Positions 52,453-64,000 of a stretch of 64,000 nt of DNA are shown piece after piece; positions within the stretch are counted from its first letter, which is position 1, and each line of letters starts with the position of its first letter. The notes below the pieces were generated by a model, which saw nothing but the letters and a program-made list of their open reading frames with translations, did not search any database and had not been told where the DNA came from. A program made the position numbers and the translations under genes. The stretch spans positions 24,676,001-24,740,000 of the forward strand of contig OX597822.1 in assembly GCA_951406725.2 (NCBI GenBank), given 5' to 3'. The DNA is from Octopus vulgaris. Lineage: Eukaryota.

Positions 52453-54669
52453 TTAAGATTAATGCAGGATTTATAAACTACATTATCAATTTCTTAGTGG
52501 AAATTCTTCTCTGACCCATGATCTTCCCAAGAGATCTTCTATTTTTTCTTTTACTGGCTGCATGCTGAGGAATAGCTGTTGTGCCCTGATTTAGTCAACA
52601 TACCTGACCCTGTTGTGGCTGCTTGCCAGAACTTATTGATGTATAGACAGAGCTGTGCAGAGGGTGAAATATATCTGGATTATCATGCTGCAGCATCTAC
52701 ACCTCATTGCTGTATGTTAGAATGTGCAGTATGGTGCACTACAAGCCAGAGATATGATATAACCGGAGAAACAGATCTGCAGGGTTATATCAAATCATTC
52801 ATTACACAAAGCTGATTAAGGGGCTCCACAACAACAATTAGTTTAAGCCGACAGTTTACTACTTTGATTGTAATACGGTAGGTTATAGATTTCCAAATCT
52901 AATCTAATGAGAGGATCAGTAGTTTTAATATTTAGTACATTTAATGGCATAAAAGGTGCTTGGGCACATTAGACGGACCCCAATCTCAGCAGCATATACT
53001 CAGGAAAAAGTGAGCATGAGAGGTCTAACTTTGAATATAGGACCCAGGGTAACTTTTTTTTATTTTGAGACACATTTATTTGTGCATCTTATATACTATC
53101 CAATAAAATATGCCCTTTTTTTTGTGGGGAAGACTAGATAGATTCATATATGGCAATAACTATTTTTTACTCTTTCTGCATGACTGATCTGACCTATTTT
53201 AATTTTCCCTGTTTCAGAGTTGGCAACAATCATTGACATATTTCACAGTTAAACTTGATAAAATGTCTACTTCATGCCTGGATTTTTTGCTTTAATAATT
53301 TTTAGAAACTACAAACTTGACTTTGATTTTATTAACTCAGATGACCTTACAATCAGCACCATCTAATATCGGTGTAATTAATTTAAACTGCTAATTAATA
53401 GGGTAGAATTAAAGTAAACACTTATATGAGAAATTAGCATGCGTAATTTTATAGTCATTGACACCAACAGTCAGGAAAATGCTTTGAATAATGCTTGTAT
53501 ACTTAGATTTTTAAATTATCATTTCTTGTATTTAATGACAATAGAAGTTGACTTCTAACTACAGATTTTTGTCAACAAATAGAGATTTATTAAAGTGGAT
53601 AAATAAATTTTTATATATATGTGTGTGTATGTAAGTGAATCCAACCCATGTGTGTTTTGTCCAGGCTCTCATCCTTTTTTTATCTCTTTTTTATCTTTTT
53701 TTTTTATTTTCCTCCTCTCTCCTGGACTTTCTTCTACTGTCTGGAGACAGACGATGTCTGAAATATTATAACTTACACTCTTGTCATTCTTCCTTGAATG
53801 TCACCTTAATAACATTAACTGTGAATGTCTCTTGTACTTTTGTGGGCTTTTTAAAAATTATTTGTGTTTGCTTTATATATATATAATTAGATAACAATTT
53901 ACATAATTATTTAAAATGCTATCAAACATAATTATGTAAAATGCTATCAAACACTATTAGATCAAAGTGTATCACATGGATGGAATTTTAGAAACTTTGG
54001 TATAAATAATCTGAAGTGTAATCTAATATAATGACACACAAATCTGGAGTTAATATCGAGATCAGCTAAAGAATTCTATACTCATGTATCTAATGATTTC
54101 ACCTTTAGTCTTCATCAAGTTCTCCACTTTGTAAATGGAAGTAGGTTCGACCTCATTCATCATCAATGTCAAACAGCTACTTATAGTTAACAAATTAAGG
54201 GTCAATGTTTCTAAGTGGTGGTGGGAATGGTCTTTCTACATTTAAGAAGTTTCTTTTCTCCCCAGACTGAGACATTGTTCCTGACTTAAACATGAGATAG
54301 ATTATGCCCACTAGTTCATTAAAGGCAACTTGTTATCTTTTTATGAACTGGGTGGATGATGTGATATAAAATTTGCATAGAGTCACTATGTCAGCCAAGA
54401 ATTCAATCATCATCATCGTTTTTACATCCACTTTTCTATGCTAGTATGGGTCAGATCGAATTTGTTGAGGTAGATTTTCTACTGCCGGATGTCTTTCTGG
54501 TTAACAACCCTCACTTGTTTCTAAGCAAGTCAATATTTCTCCATGGACAGACATGCTTCCACAGAAGATTAAAAACAAAGGACACCATTGTATGAGGGTG
54601 ATGATCATTTACAATTATTGTGTAAATGTCAAGACAAAGAAACACATACACAGGAAATGAGTTTCTTTC

Positions 54670-54908
54670 AGTTTCTTATTTCTTTATTGCCCACAAGGGG
54701 CTAAACACAGAGGGGACAAACAAGGACAGACAAAGGGATTAAGTCGATTACATCGATCCCAGTGCGTAACTGGTACTTAATTTATCGACCCCGAAAGGAT
54801 GAAAGGCAAAGTCAACCTCAGCGGAATTTGAACTCAGAACGTAATGGCAGATGAAATACTGCTAAGCATTTTGCCTGGTGTGCTAACGTTTCTGCCAACT
54901 CGCCACCT
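54670..54908 (-). mobile_element. SINE family B, young copy nested in an older SINE A
   Basis: Near-identical to 36090-36318. Confidence 0.85.
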
Positions 54909-57900
54909 TTCTGTTTCTACTAAGCAAAATTCTCTAAAAGTTTTGGTTAGCCCAGGTCTATAGTTGAACACACTTGCCCAACATGTCACACAGTGGTGGG
55001 ACTGCACCTGAAACAATGTAGTTCAGAGGTGATAGAAATTATATCAGTTTGATATTAGTTAGCTAGAGGTAAAAGCAAGAGCAACATATTTTGTTTGTCT
55101 TAGAATGTTGTGTAATTTTGATACAGAAATCCTGTAGAGGTAAACAGTTTAAAGCAATTTTGGAAATGTTAAAAGACAACAAAGCTAAGTAACATAAAAA
55201 CATGGAACGGTTTCATTTCTAGTAGTTAAAACAGAACATAACAGAGAGAAGCAGACTTAGTAGTTAACACACACAGACATATATATATATGTATACTAGC
55301 GCAGACAAATGAACAAATATTTTCATCAGTGCATTTTATTAAGCATTTCAAACTCTGGCATAATCGAAAGAAGTGTTACCAACATTTCAATAACAACATT
55401 ACTTAGAAAAAAGTAAAAAGACTATTACTACTACTACTACTAGAACTACAATCTTTGGGCAGATTTATACAGCTTTCACAAAAACAAAAAGATACATAGT
55501 CAAAGAAACAAAAGAAAACTAATTGTGATTTTTTAACAGACTATCCAATATTTGCATAAAGCAAAGGAGTTTCCATTGCGTGAAAATAAAGTAAGATCTA
55601 AATCAAAGGACAATTACTGTAAAGAATGCATAGTGTATGCAACAGCTTTAACGAATAAGATCTGTTGTACTTAACAGATGAACTATAACACATACACACA
55701 CACACATACTCTCTCTCTCTCTCCTTCACTTGACACACATAAAACTACGAGTGATGAGATTTCACATAAAACTTACACAGCTGAGGAAATAATTTACATT
55801 TCACAAATATTCTTATGGTATTTCCTAATCATACAGAAAAAAAAAATTATGTCTGTCCCAGGAAGTTTGAAAAATAACAATCTTTTATGACATTTAAGGC
55901 ATGTGATCTAGTGTTGGGTGTTGCACTTGTGATTGTGAGATGGTAGTTTCGATTCCTAGACCAGCTGTGTGTTGTGTTTTTGAGCAAAACACAGTTTCAT
56001 GTTGCACCAGTCTACTCAGCTGTAAATGGGTAATATTGCGACAGATTAGCATACAATGCTGAGACGGTGGCTCAGCAACATCACTCAAACACGGATCTCA
56101 TGTGCCACGTTTTGTATTCAGTGATCAAAAGGAAGAATAATACAATCCACACTGTAAATCCCAACTGGTTGGGGCTGGTTGTTCAACCACATCAAAGGTC
56201 ATCATCACCATGACATATAAAATTCCATAAAATAGCTAAATAAATGTTTCCAATATTGGTGCAAAGTTAAGGTACTAATGCCTCAACAAAACAAAAGAAA
56301 ACAAAACATGAGAGCCAAAATTATTTCTGAGATCTATATTTAATTAGCTCCTGATTACAGCAACAAGACAGCATTTTATTACATTGTAAACAAGCTGTGC
56401 AGGTCTCACAATAATTGTACTTATGAGATCATTATTATCACAATTTGATGTCCATTTTCCATTCTGGCATGGGTCGGACAGTTTGACATACTCCAACGGA
56501 TCTGAGGACCACATTGTGCTCCAGTGTCCACTCTAGCATGGTTTTTATGGCTGGATACCCTTCCTAATGCCAGCCAATTTACATCATATACCAGGTACCT
56601 TTTTTCATGGCATGAACATTATTGAGGTTACCATACAACCTACAAGACTAAGATCCCTTTCAACAATAGAGAGGGAGGTGACTTTTATGCTAAGGAATGA
56701 GCAGTTAAGTATGAGAAGGTTCCAGAGCAGAACAGGATTTTTGCTGTAGAGGAGCTACATGCCTGCTCACATTATTGAAGGGAAACTAGGGTGAAATTTT
56801 GTTGCTACTGATTGCAAAAACAAGTGAAAGTACAAATTTTAGTCCTGGTTTGTAATCATTCAAAATTCAACTGTATTAAGAAGAAATTGGTTTGCTAACA
56901 TTTTCTAAGTAATACTTAAAAACTGTATTAGTTAGAAGCAAGAGCAGCAAGACATACCGATGCCTTCAAAAAAATTACATTTCAACACATTTACATAATA
57001 AATACACAAATGCAGACAAAAAGAAATAAAAAAAAACAAGGAAATTAAAAAGTATTGGACAGTTGAGAATTGTGAAACAGTTATAAATTAAAAATTGTGT
57101 TTTAGCTTTCAAGTATTTGTGAGCTGACTGAGCATGTGACCAAAACTACAGTCAGATAAATGAAGCCTGCATACAACACCAAAATAGATTGGCTACAACC
57201 AACTCAATATTACCTAGAGGCCATTTTCCCAGGTCCCTGAAATTTTATGAAATGCAGCCAAGTTAATAAGCATGGACAGATAGGAAGCATTACAAGGATT
57301 TAAAAAAAAAAAAATTTTCTTTGAATCATCAAAAGATACTAACCAAGAGTAGACACAATGAATAATAATAATAATAATAATAATTGTTTCAAATTTTGGC
57401 CCAAGGCCAGTAATTTTAGCAAGAGGTAGTTAGTCGATTACTTCGACCCCAGTATTTCACTGATGCTTTATTTTATCAATCCCAAAAGGATCAAAGGCAA
57501 ACGTGGGATTTGAACTCAGAATGTAAAGAGCTGGAAGAAATGCTGCTAAGCATTTTGTCCAACATTATCAATTTTGCCTTAATGATGATAATGAAAGCAT
57601 TATATTAGAAAGCCAAAGATTAGAATATTTAAGGTTACCAAAATATATATACAATACCAACATAGCATTTTATGAATAATGGATATTTATGCACAGAAAT
57701 TAACATTTTCATATACATACAGAATTTATCGTACATTAATTTCTGAGTGAAATGGTTCTTTATAGATATATAGCAACATATATGCAAAATTTTACAACAT
57801 CCATGTTCACAAGCAAGAATTAACTGAAAGCTATATATATATGTATATAGTAAGTTATATACATACACATATATATATATAGATCTTTTTTTTCAGAAAC

Positions 57901-58519
57901 CATATGCAACCATGCTTCTAAAATATGTAATTTCTTTATCAGCCACAAGGGTCTGAATATGAAATGTGTAATAAAAATAATATTTAATTTCAACAATTAA
58001 TTATTTGCATTTTACCACAAGGTAAATTTGGTAAATGGTCTAGATTCTCCCTTATGTGGTATATTTGAGTTTCATACTTCCCATTTCTTGTAGTCACATA
58101 GACATAAAATCATATCTTATTTGAGTAAGGTAAGATTAAATTATCTAGGGACATATGCATGGGGAAATATTGGTCTCAAGTTTTGGCACAAGGCCAGCAA
58201 TTTCGGGGGAAAGAGTAAGTCAATTACATCAACCCCAACACTCAACTGGTACAAATGTTATTGATTACAAAAGGATGAAAGCCTAAGTCGACCTTGGTGG
58301 AATTAGAACTCAGAACATAAAGACAGATGAAATGCCGCTAAGCATTTTGTCCAACATGCTAACGACTCTGCCAGCTCCCACTTTATGCATGGGGAAATAT
58401 TACCTTGCTTGGAAACAAGTGAGGGTTGGCAATAGAAAGGCATCAATCTTAAGAAAATCTGCCTCACTGAATTCCATCTGAACTATGCATGAATGGAAAA
58501 ATGAACATTGAAATGATGA

Positions 58520-58572
<53 letters not shown>

Positions 58573-58905
58573 TTTTCTTTTATTCTTTTATATGTCCTCA
58601 ACAGTTGCCCTTCCTATTGCCAACCCTCACATATTTCCAAGCAAGAGAACATATATATTATTCAGAAATATATATTTTCAAACATCAGTATCTGAAGAAA
58701 ATGAATAATATTTTTCAAGAGTGAGATGATATCTTCATTAAGAAGACCTCTTAATCAATGATTCTTTTCACCAACATAATTGTCAATATACGCAACAGTA
58801 AGGTTATAATATTGTTAGATTATAGGTCCCCGCTAGCTAACTATTCTTGTTTTGTCATATAATTCAAGAATTTCACATATTATGATAATAAAAAAAGATG
58901 CTTAC

Positions 58906-59046
58906 AAGATTTCCGAGGTCCTCTAGAACGTCGTCTTTCTTTCTGTGGTCTCTTTAGTGGTGTGGCTGCTGTTCGTACACATGCTTCTAAAATTTCATCA
59001 TCAGCAGTATCATACATCTCAGAATCTGTTGTTAGACAACCTCGAC
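58906..59046 (-). CDS. FHOD: FHOD exon containing the DAD (autoregulatory) region
   Basis: ttccAG...GTaagc, 141 nt, phase 1-1: GRGCLTTDSEMYDTADDEILEACVRTAATPLKRPQKERRRSRGPRKS. Confidence 0.9.
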
Positions 59047-59094
59047 CTGGAAGGCAAACAAAAGCATAACTCTCAAATCCTTATTACCATAGGA

Positions 59095-59271
59095 TCTTTT
59101 ATTTTTACTAGTTATAGTCATTGAACTGCAACCAAGTTGGTGGGCACAGCTTTGAAAGGTTTCAGTTGAACAAATAAGCTTTAAAGCCTGGTACTTTTTT
59201 GTCAAGTAGCAATGTTATGGAAATGTAAAAAAAAAAACAATACTGGTTGTTAAGTGGTTGGGAGTGGGGAC

Positions 59272-59305
<34 letters not shown>

Positions 59306-59450
59306 TTTACCTAATCCACTCATAAAGCATTGGTTGCTTTGGGGTTATAGCAGAAAATACTTGCCCACGGTGCTGCGCAGTAGAAGTGAACCTGAGACTA
59401 CATGGTTGGGAAGCAAACTTCTTAACCACACAGCTATGTCTGTGTCTTTG
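59095..59450 (-). mobile_element. SINE family A (old)
   Basis: Homology to 3590-4031. Confidence 0.75.
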
Positions 59451-60155
59451 TAAATGACAAGAAAAATTAAGGGAAAACAAAAATAGTTCATTGTTTGAAC
59501 TCTCTGTTGGTGAATAGGCAAATAATCTAACCTTACCTTGATGTTACCTTTTTCTGGTGGAGTTCTAGGGAGACCACAATGAAGAGAAAAAAACTTAATT
59601 TACTCTTGACTCACTCCAACTCAAAACAAGCAGAGAGGTTTCATTCTGATGGTTACTAGAAAACCTAAGTATGAGTCTTATTTTTTCCCCTCAAAATTAA
59701 AAGGCTCCTTACTCTCCTGACATCACATCCAACTGCTTTCCCTTTCAGTACCTGCCCTCTATGTTTGCCTGCCACATTACACTCTAGCTTAGATGACAAG
59801 CCTTGTAATATTGGCCTCAAACTGTGCCAACACAAGGATAGATCATTTTTACTAATCAAGAACTAGTGGCTGGTAATTTATATTGGATCATATAATATAG
59901 ATTATGTTGCCAAAACAATGCTGAAAGCACATACACTAAGTGTAAATGCAATGAAAAATAACAAAAGACAACACAGGAGGGACAAGTTAACAAATATAGT
60001 ATTAGCCTAATGCTTTAATGAGAAGAGAAATAATCTCAGTGCTTCGGCAGTTAGCCCTTCATCAAAGTAAAATATATACATTTTATATATAGATAGAATA
60101 ATGGTATTTTTTTTTTTGAGAAATCTCTGTAAGAAAATCTGTTCAAAATACTTAC

Positions 60156-60279
60156 CAACTTTTTTCCTCAAGAGCTGACCAGGTAAACCACGTTCGTCAG
60201 CACTTGTGTAGCCATTGGCCAGTAATTTCTGTAAAGGATCCTCTGCAACATGTTCTTTAGATTTGACAAACTTCTCAGT
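60156..60279 (-). CDS. FHOD: FHOD exon (post-FH2 linker)
   Basis: tttacAG...GTaagt, 124 nt, phase 0-1: TEKFVKSKEHVAEDPLQKLLANGYTSADERGLPGQLLRKKV. Confidence 0.85.
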
Positions 60280-60641
60280 CTGTAAATTGAAAGTAAACAA
60301 CACACATTCATAAATAGTAAATTAAAAGACCACATTGTTAAAAATAGACTTAATGCCACATATATTCATATTTGCTAGCATTGGTATCAATAAGAAAAAG
60401 GAATGATGATGATAATTTGTAAGATGGTCTATAATTTGTTGAATCCATTATCATTTGCAACAGAAAAAGGCAGAACTCAATCCAATTTATATATATGCTT
60501 GGTAACCCTATTTTACCAAGGTAGTTTCTTTATATTGGGTAAGTTGAAAATAGAGTAAAATTTCTTTTTATACTGAGTTGACTTTTATGCTGTATGGGAA
60601 TTTCAAATATGTTTTTTTTTGTCTAAAAGTGCAATACTTAC

Positions 60642-60834
60642 ATCAACAATCATTTTACCACGCGTCTTCTTCCTCTCTCGTTGATTCTGTTTCTTGAGTA
60701 GCTGTTGGTTCACTTTGTCTCGAGTCGTTCGGTACTCTAGAGCAAATTCGCTGATCACTTTACAGAACTGACTAATTTTTTGGTCTTTAGCCACACTAAC
60801 TGGAAGCCCCATATACATCAACAGTTTTTGGTAC
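60642..60834 (-). CDS. FHOD: FHOD exon (FH2 C-terminal helix)
   Basis: gttcAG...GTaagt, 193 nt, phase 2-0: YQKLLMYMG...FCKVISEFALEYRTTRDKV...QRERKKTRGKMIVD; EFALEYRT and RERxKTRGKMI are FHOD signatures. Confidence 0.95.
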
Positions 60835-60951
60835 CTGAACAAACAAATATCACAACAACTGTTATTACCAGAGCAAAAAGAGTCCAACACAACACAGATC
60901 TAATGTTTCACACTAAGGATAATATTTATTGACAAAAAAAAAAATACATAT

Positions 60952-61335
60952 AGGCACAGGAGTGGTTGTATGGTAAGTAGCTTGCTTACCAACCACATGT
61001 TTCCAGGTTCATTCCCACTGCGTGGCACCTTGGGCAAGTGTCTTCTACTATAGCCTCGGGCCAACCAAAGCCGTGTGAGTGGATTTGGTAGACAGAAACT
61101 AAAAGAAGCCTGTCATATATATGTATATATATATATGTGTGTGTGTGTGTGTATATGTTTGTGTGTCTATGTGTGTCCCTCCAACATCGCTTGATAACCG
61201 ATGGTGGTGTGTTTACGTACCTGTAACTTAGCAATTCGGCAAAAGAGACTGATAGAATAAGTACTAGGCTTACAAAGAATAAGGCTGTGCTCCAGCATGG
61301 CCACAGTCAAATGATTGAAACAAGTAAAAGAGAAA
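60952..61335 (+). mobile_element. SINE family A
   Basis: Homology to 3590-4031. Confidence 0.85.
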
Positions 61336-62200
61336 GGGAGTATGCCCAGATTAATAATACTGAAAATGGCAGTTCAGTTAGCTCCAAAGTGAAACGCAAA
61401 TGAAAAAAAAAATAACTAGGGTAGTAAATATAGTATAAAACATAAATAAATTTTATCATGTTCAGAGTTGTTGAAGCATGGAATAAATTACCCACATCAG
61501 TTGTTAGCTTCAAAAATTCCAAGCTTTCTGAAATTCACCAACACAATTCCTAGTGTAACTATGTACCCTATTCTCCTTATGATTCTTGATGTTCACTTCT
61601 CTGTCTTTTTGCATTATATTTGTGTATTGTGAATGTACTTCTAAGTTTATTTTCTGTTTTTCATTACTTGATTTATATGTATGCTCCCCCCACTCTCTTA
61701 TAACCTTTTTTCAACAAACTGTTGTGCCAGTGACAGTAATATTCTAGGAATATCTATATAAACTATATCTTTTTAGTTGTAACATCACTTCATTTAATTT
61801 CTATTGTAAATGCCATTGAGAAAGGCATAAACAGCACACAATTTGGTATCTTTTCTCTTAAATCTGAAATCTTATGGCTTGGTTAATAAATACTTATTTA
61901 GTACTTTTATTCTTGATGGGGAAATGTTAATGAAAAATGCATAAGAAATTTAGTTAAAAAAGTAAGAAGAAATTTTTGATTTAGATTTAAGAATGAGACT
62001 GTGAGATACTGAATCAGAAAGAGTGAGATAAACTGAATTTTATAAAAAAGCATAAAGATGAATTGTTAATTAATGCTTTAGCCTTCAGTATCATAAATTA
62101 TTGTAAATTACTAATCAGTATGCTTATAATCTATGCAAATTTGGATGAATTTTGTCAGCAACTAAATTTATTGAAATATGAAGAAGAAATTAAGTTTTAC

Positions 62201-62275
62201 CTTGTAACAACTCTTCTGTGAATGATTTTCAAAATCATAATTCTTTCAGCAGCATCTTGTAGAAATTCACAAGTT
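62201..62275 (-). CDS. FHOD: FHOD exon (FH2)
   Basis: tttacAG...GTaaaa, 75 nt, phase 2-2: TCEFLQDAAERIMILKIIHRRVVTR. Confidence 0.92.
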
Positions 62276-63423
62276 CTGTAAATAAATACGGAAATTTAGG
62301 ATAAGTTTTTTATATATACATTTGCCTTAATGCTTATGAACAATAATTTCAACAAGGACGTGAGAAGATAAAACAAAGTCTATATTAAAGCTATTGATTT
62401 AAAGGAACTAACAAATTAAAAGCTATTATTCCTGTTAATCTATAATACATATTGTGATTGTGACCCCCTTCGGTCATGATTTGGCTACTATTTATAGCAG
62501 AAATTGAGCAAGGTTCTTTTGTTTGGTCAGTATGAGCAGGAGAGGTGGTTGAAAAATGAAGGAGATGCAATGTGAATAACAGGAATGTTATTTGCTGACA
62601 GTGGAAAGTAGCCATGGTTGATGCATTCATAAGAAGTGATGGAAGTTAGATCTTTAGATGTTGCACTTCACAAGATATGGAGAACTAAAAATAGTAGTGA
62701 TGTGCAATACAGAAGATATGTCCAACCCATGCCAAAAAGGAAAAACAGACATTAAAATGATGACGACAATGACAACAGCAATGATGATGACAATGATGAT
62801 AAGAACACAAATAATGATGATAATGATGAATTATCTACACTGAGAAATTGTAAGTTAAGGTTTATTTTTTTTATATATATGCTTGGTTTGAAGGAAGAAG
62901 TTGACTTTCTTGTTGAAAAAACAGGGAGGGAATTACAGAGGGATATAACAATCTGGAGAAGAATGATTAGCCACAATGGATAATATCTCTGTGAGTATAT
63001 ATATGTGTGGAGAAGAACATGATGTGGATGACTAGGGACAGAGTAAAGTTTTGAGTTGTGTAAGCTTAAGTGGGACTAACACAAAACCAGTGAGCTTTGA
63101 AGAATAGAAACTAATGAAGTAGTGTTTGAAAAGGCAGAGTGAAGAGACATTTGCAGGGCCCAGAGAGTGGAGTGGAGTGAGTGATTCCAAGCTTAATTCA
63201 TCAATAAATTGTTGGTCTAGTACTACCAAGTTGTCCTTCTGTCATACACTGTTGCTATATTGTGGACATATTTGCAATTTTTTAAAGAATTTATTTCAAT
63301 AGAAGTAATCAAAATATTTCAAGTACATGTGTCAATGATACCGTCCATACTGTGTCTATGCTATTTATTTATATGCTTATTATTAAATTACTTGTTTTGT
63401 AATTAAGGTTATAATTAACTTAC

Positions 63424-63539
63424 TTGCTCTTCAAGGCTGAGCATCGGTCGTGTTTCACAACTGCTTTTAAGTGTTCCCAGGAATTTTTACAATCTAATTC
63501 CATTTTCTCCAGCTTCTCAGCAAGTTCATCCCAATCAAT
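63424..63539 (-). CDS. FHOD: FHOD exon (FH2); the gene continues beyond the right edge
   Basis: ttttAG...GTaagt, 116 nt, phase 0-2: IDWDELAEKLEKMELDCKNSWEHLKAVVKHDRCSALKS. Confidence 0.92.
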
Positions 63540-64000
63540 CTAAAAAAATTCAAAGACAAAATTCCAATAAAATCAATAAAAATTACTTTTTGGAACATGT
63601 CCAGTTAAATTCAGTGAGACAAGCAGACTTAAGTTCCTTAGCCAAAGGTACAGTATATGCATTGGCTGTAATAAGATTAGAATTTGTGATGAGCTCCTTA
63701 AGCTCATAGCTATAGTAAACTAATTTTAAATCAAAAATTTTATAAGATTTAATGATTAAGTTAAGGTACTTAAAAAATAATTATGAAAATAAAATATGAA
63801 CATGAATAAATATAGTATATTTTTAAACAGAATTTTTATATAGAACAGAAGAAAAGTTTTAACTCTTCAGATACCATCTTGCCAGAAGCTGCCCCTGGTT
63901 TTATTATACAAATTCCACGTTTTAAAAAAGTAATTTTCTATTAAAACTTCATGTTTATTTATGTTTCAAATACCAATTTAATAATGACAAAATTATTCTA

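Noticed and set aside
60025-60070. Hammerhead-like TTGATGA...GAAG on the minus strand
   Set aside because: Both core boxes are mutated and stem I is unconvincing

Overview
AT-rich, microsatellite- and transposon-saturated eukaryotic DNA. The SINE repertoire looks like an octopus (coleoid cephalopod) genome; this is inferred from repeat recognition, not a database search. Two host genes are visible, both on the minus strand. (1) The 5' end of a gene encoding a signal peptide plus a somatomedin-B-like Cys-rich domain (ATG at 368, running off the left edge and missed by the ORF track), probably an SMB-domain class-B-like GPCR. (2) The last six coding exons of an FHOD/Fhos formin (63539 to 48910), with phase-consistent GT-AG junctions, followed by a long 3' UTR. 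The region between them holds R4/Dong-type REL-endonuclease retrotransposon fragments in (AAT)n, RTE and CR1-like LINEs, a Penelope-like element (RT + GIY-YIG), a Tc1 DD34E element, Helitrons, piggyBac-type MITEs, a probable solo LTR and many tRNA-derived SINEs. The most notable hidden signal is about a dozen type-I hammerhead-ribozyme motifs from several sequence families, carried on small non-coding Penelope-type modules, many of them in (TA)n/(TATG)n. They include a tRNA-headed (Pol III) hammerhead element folded back on itself and fused to a Penelope 3' end, and a TATA-driven module with tandem hammerhead cores. All folds were read by eye; none was computed.
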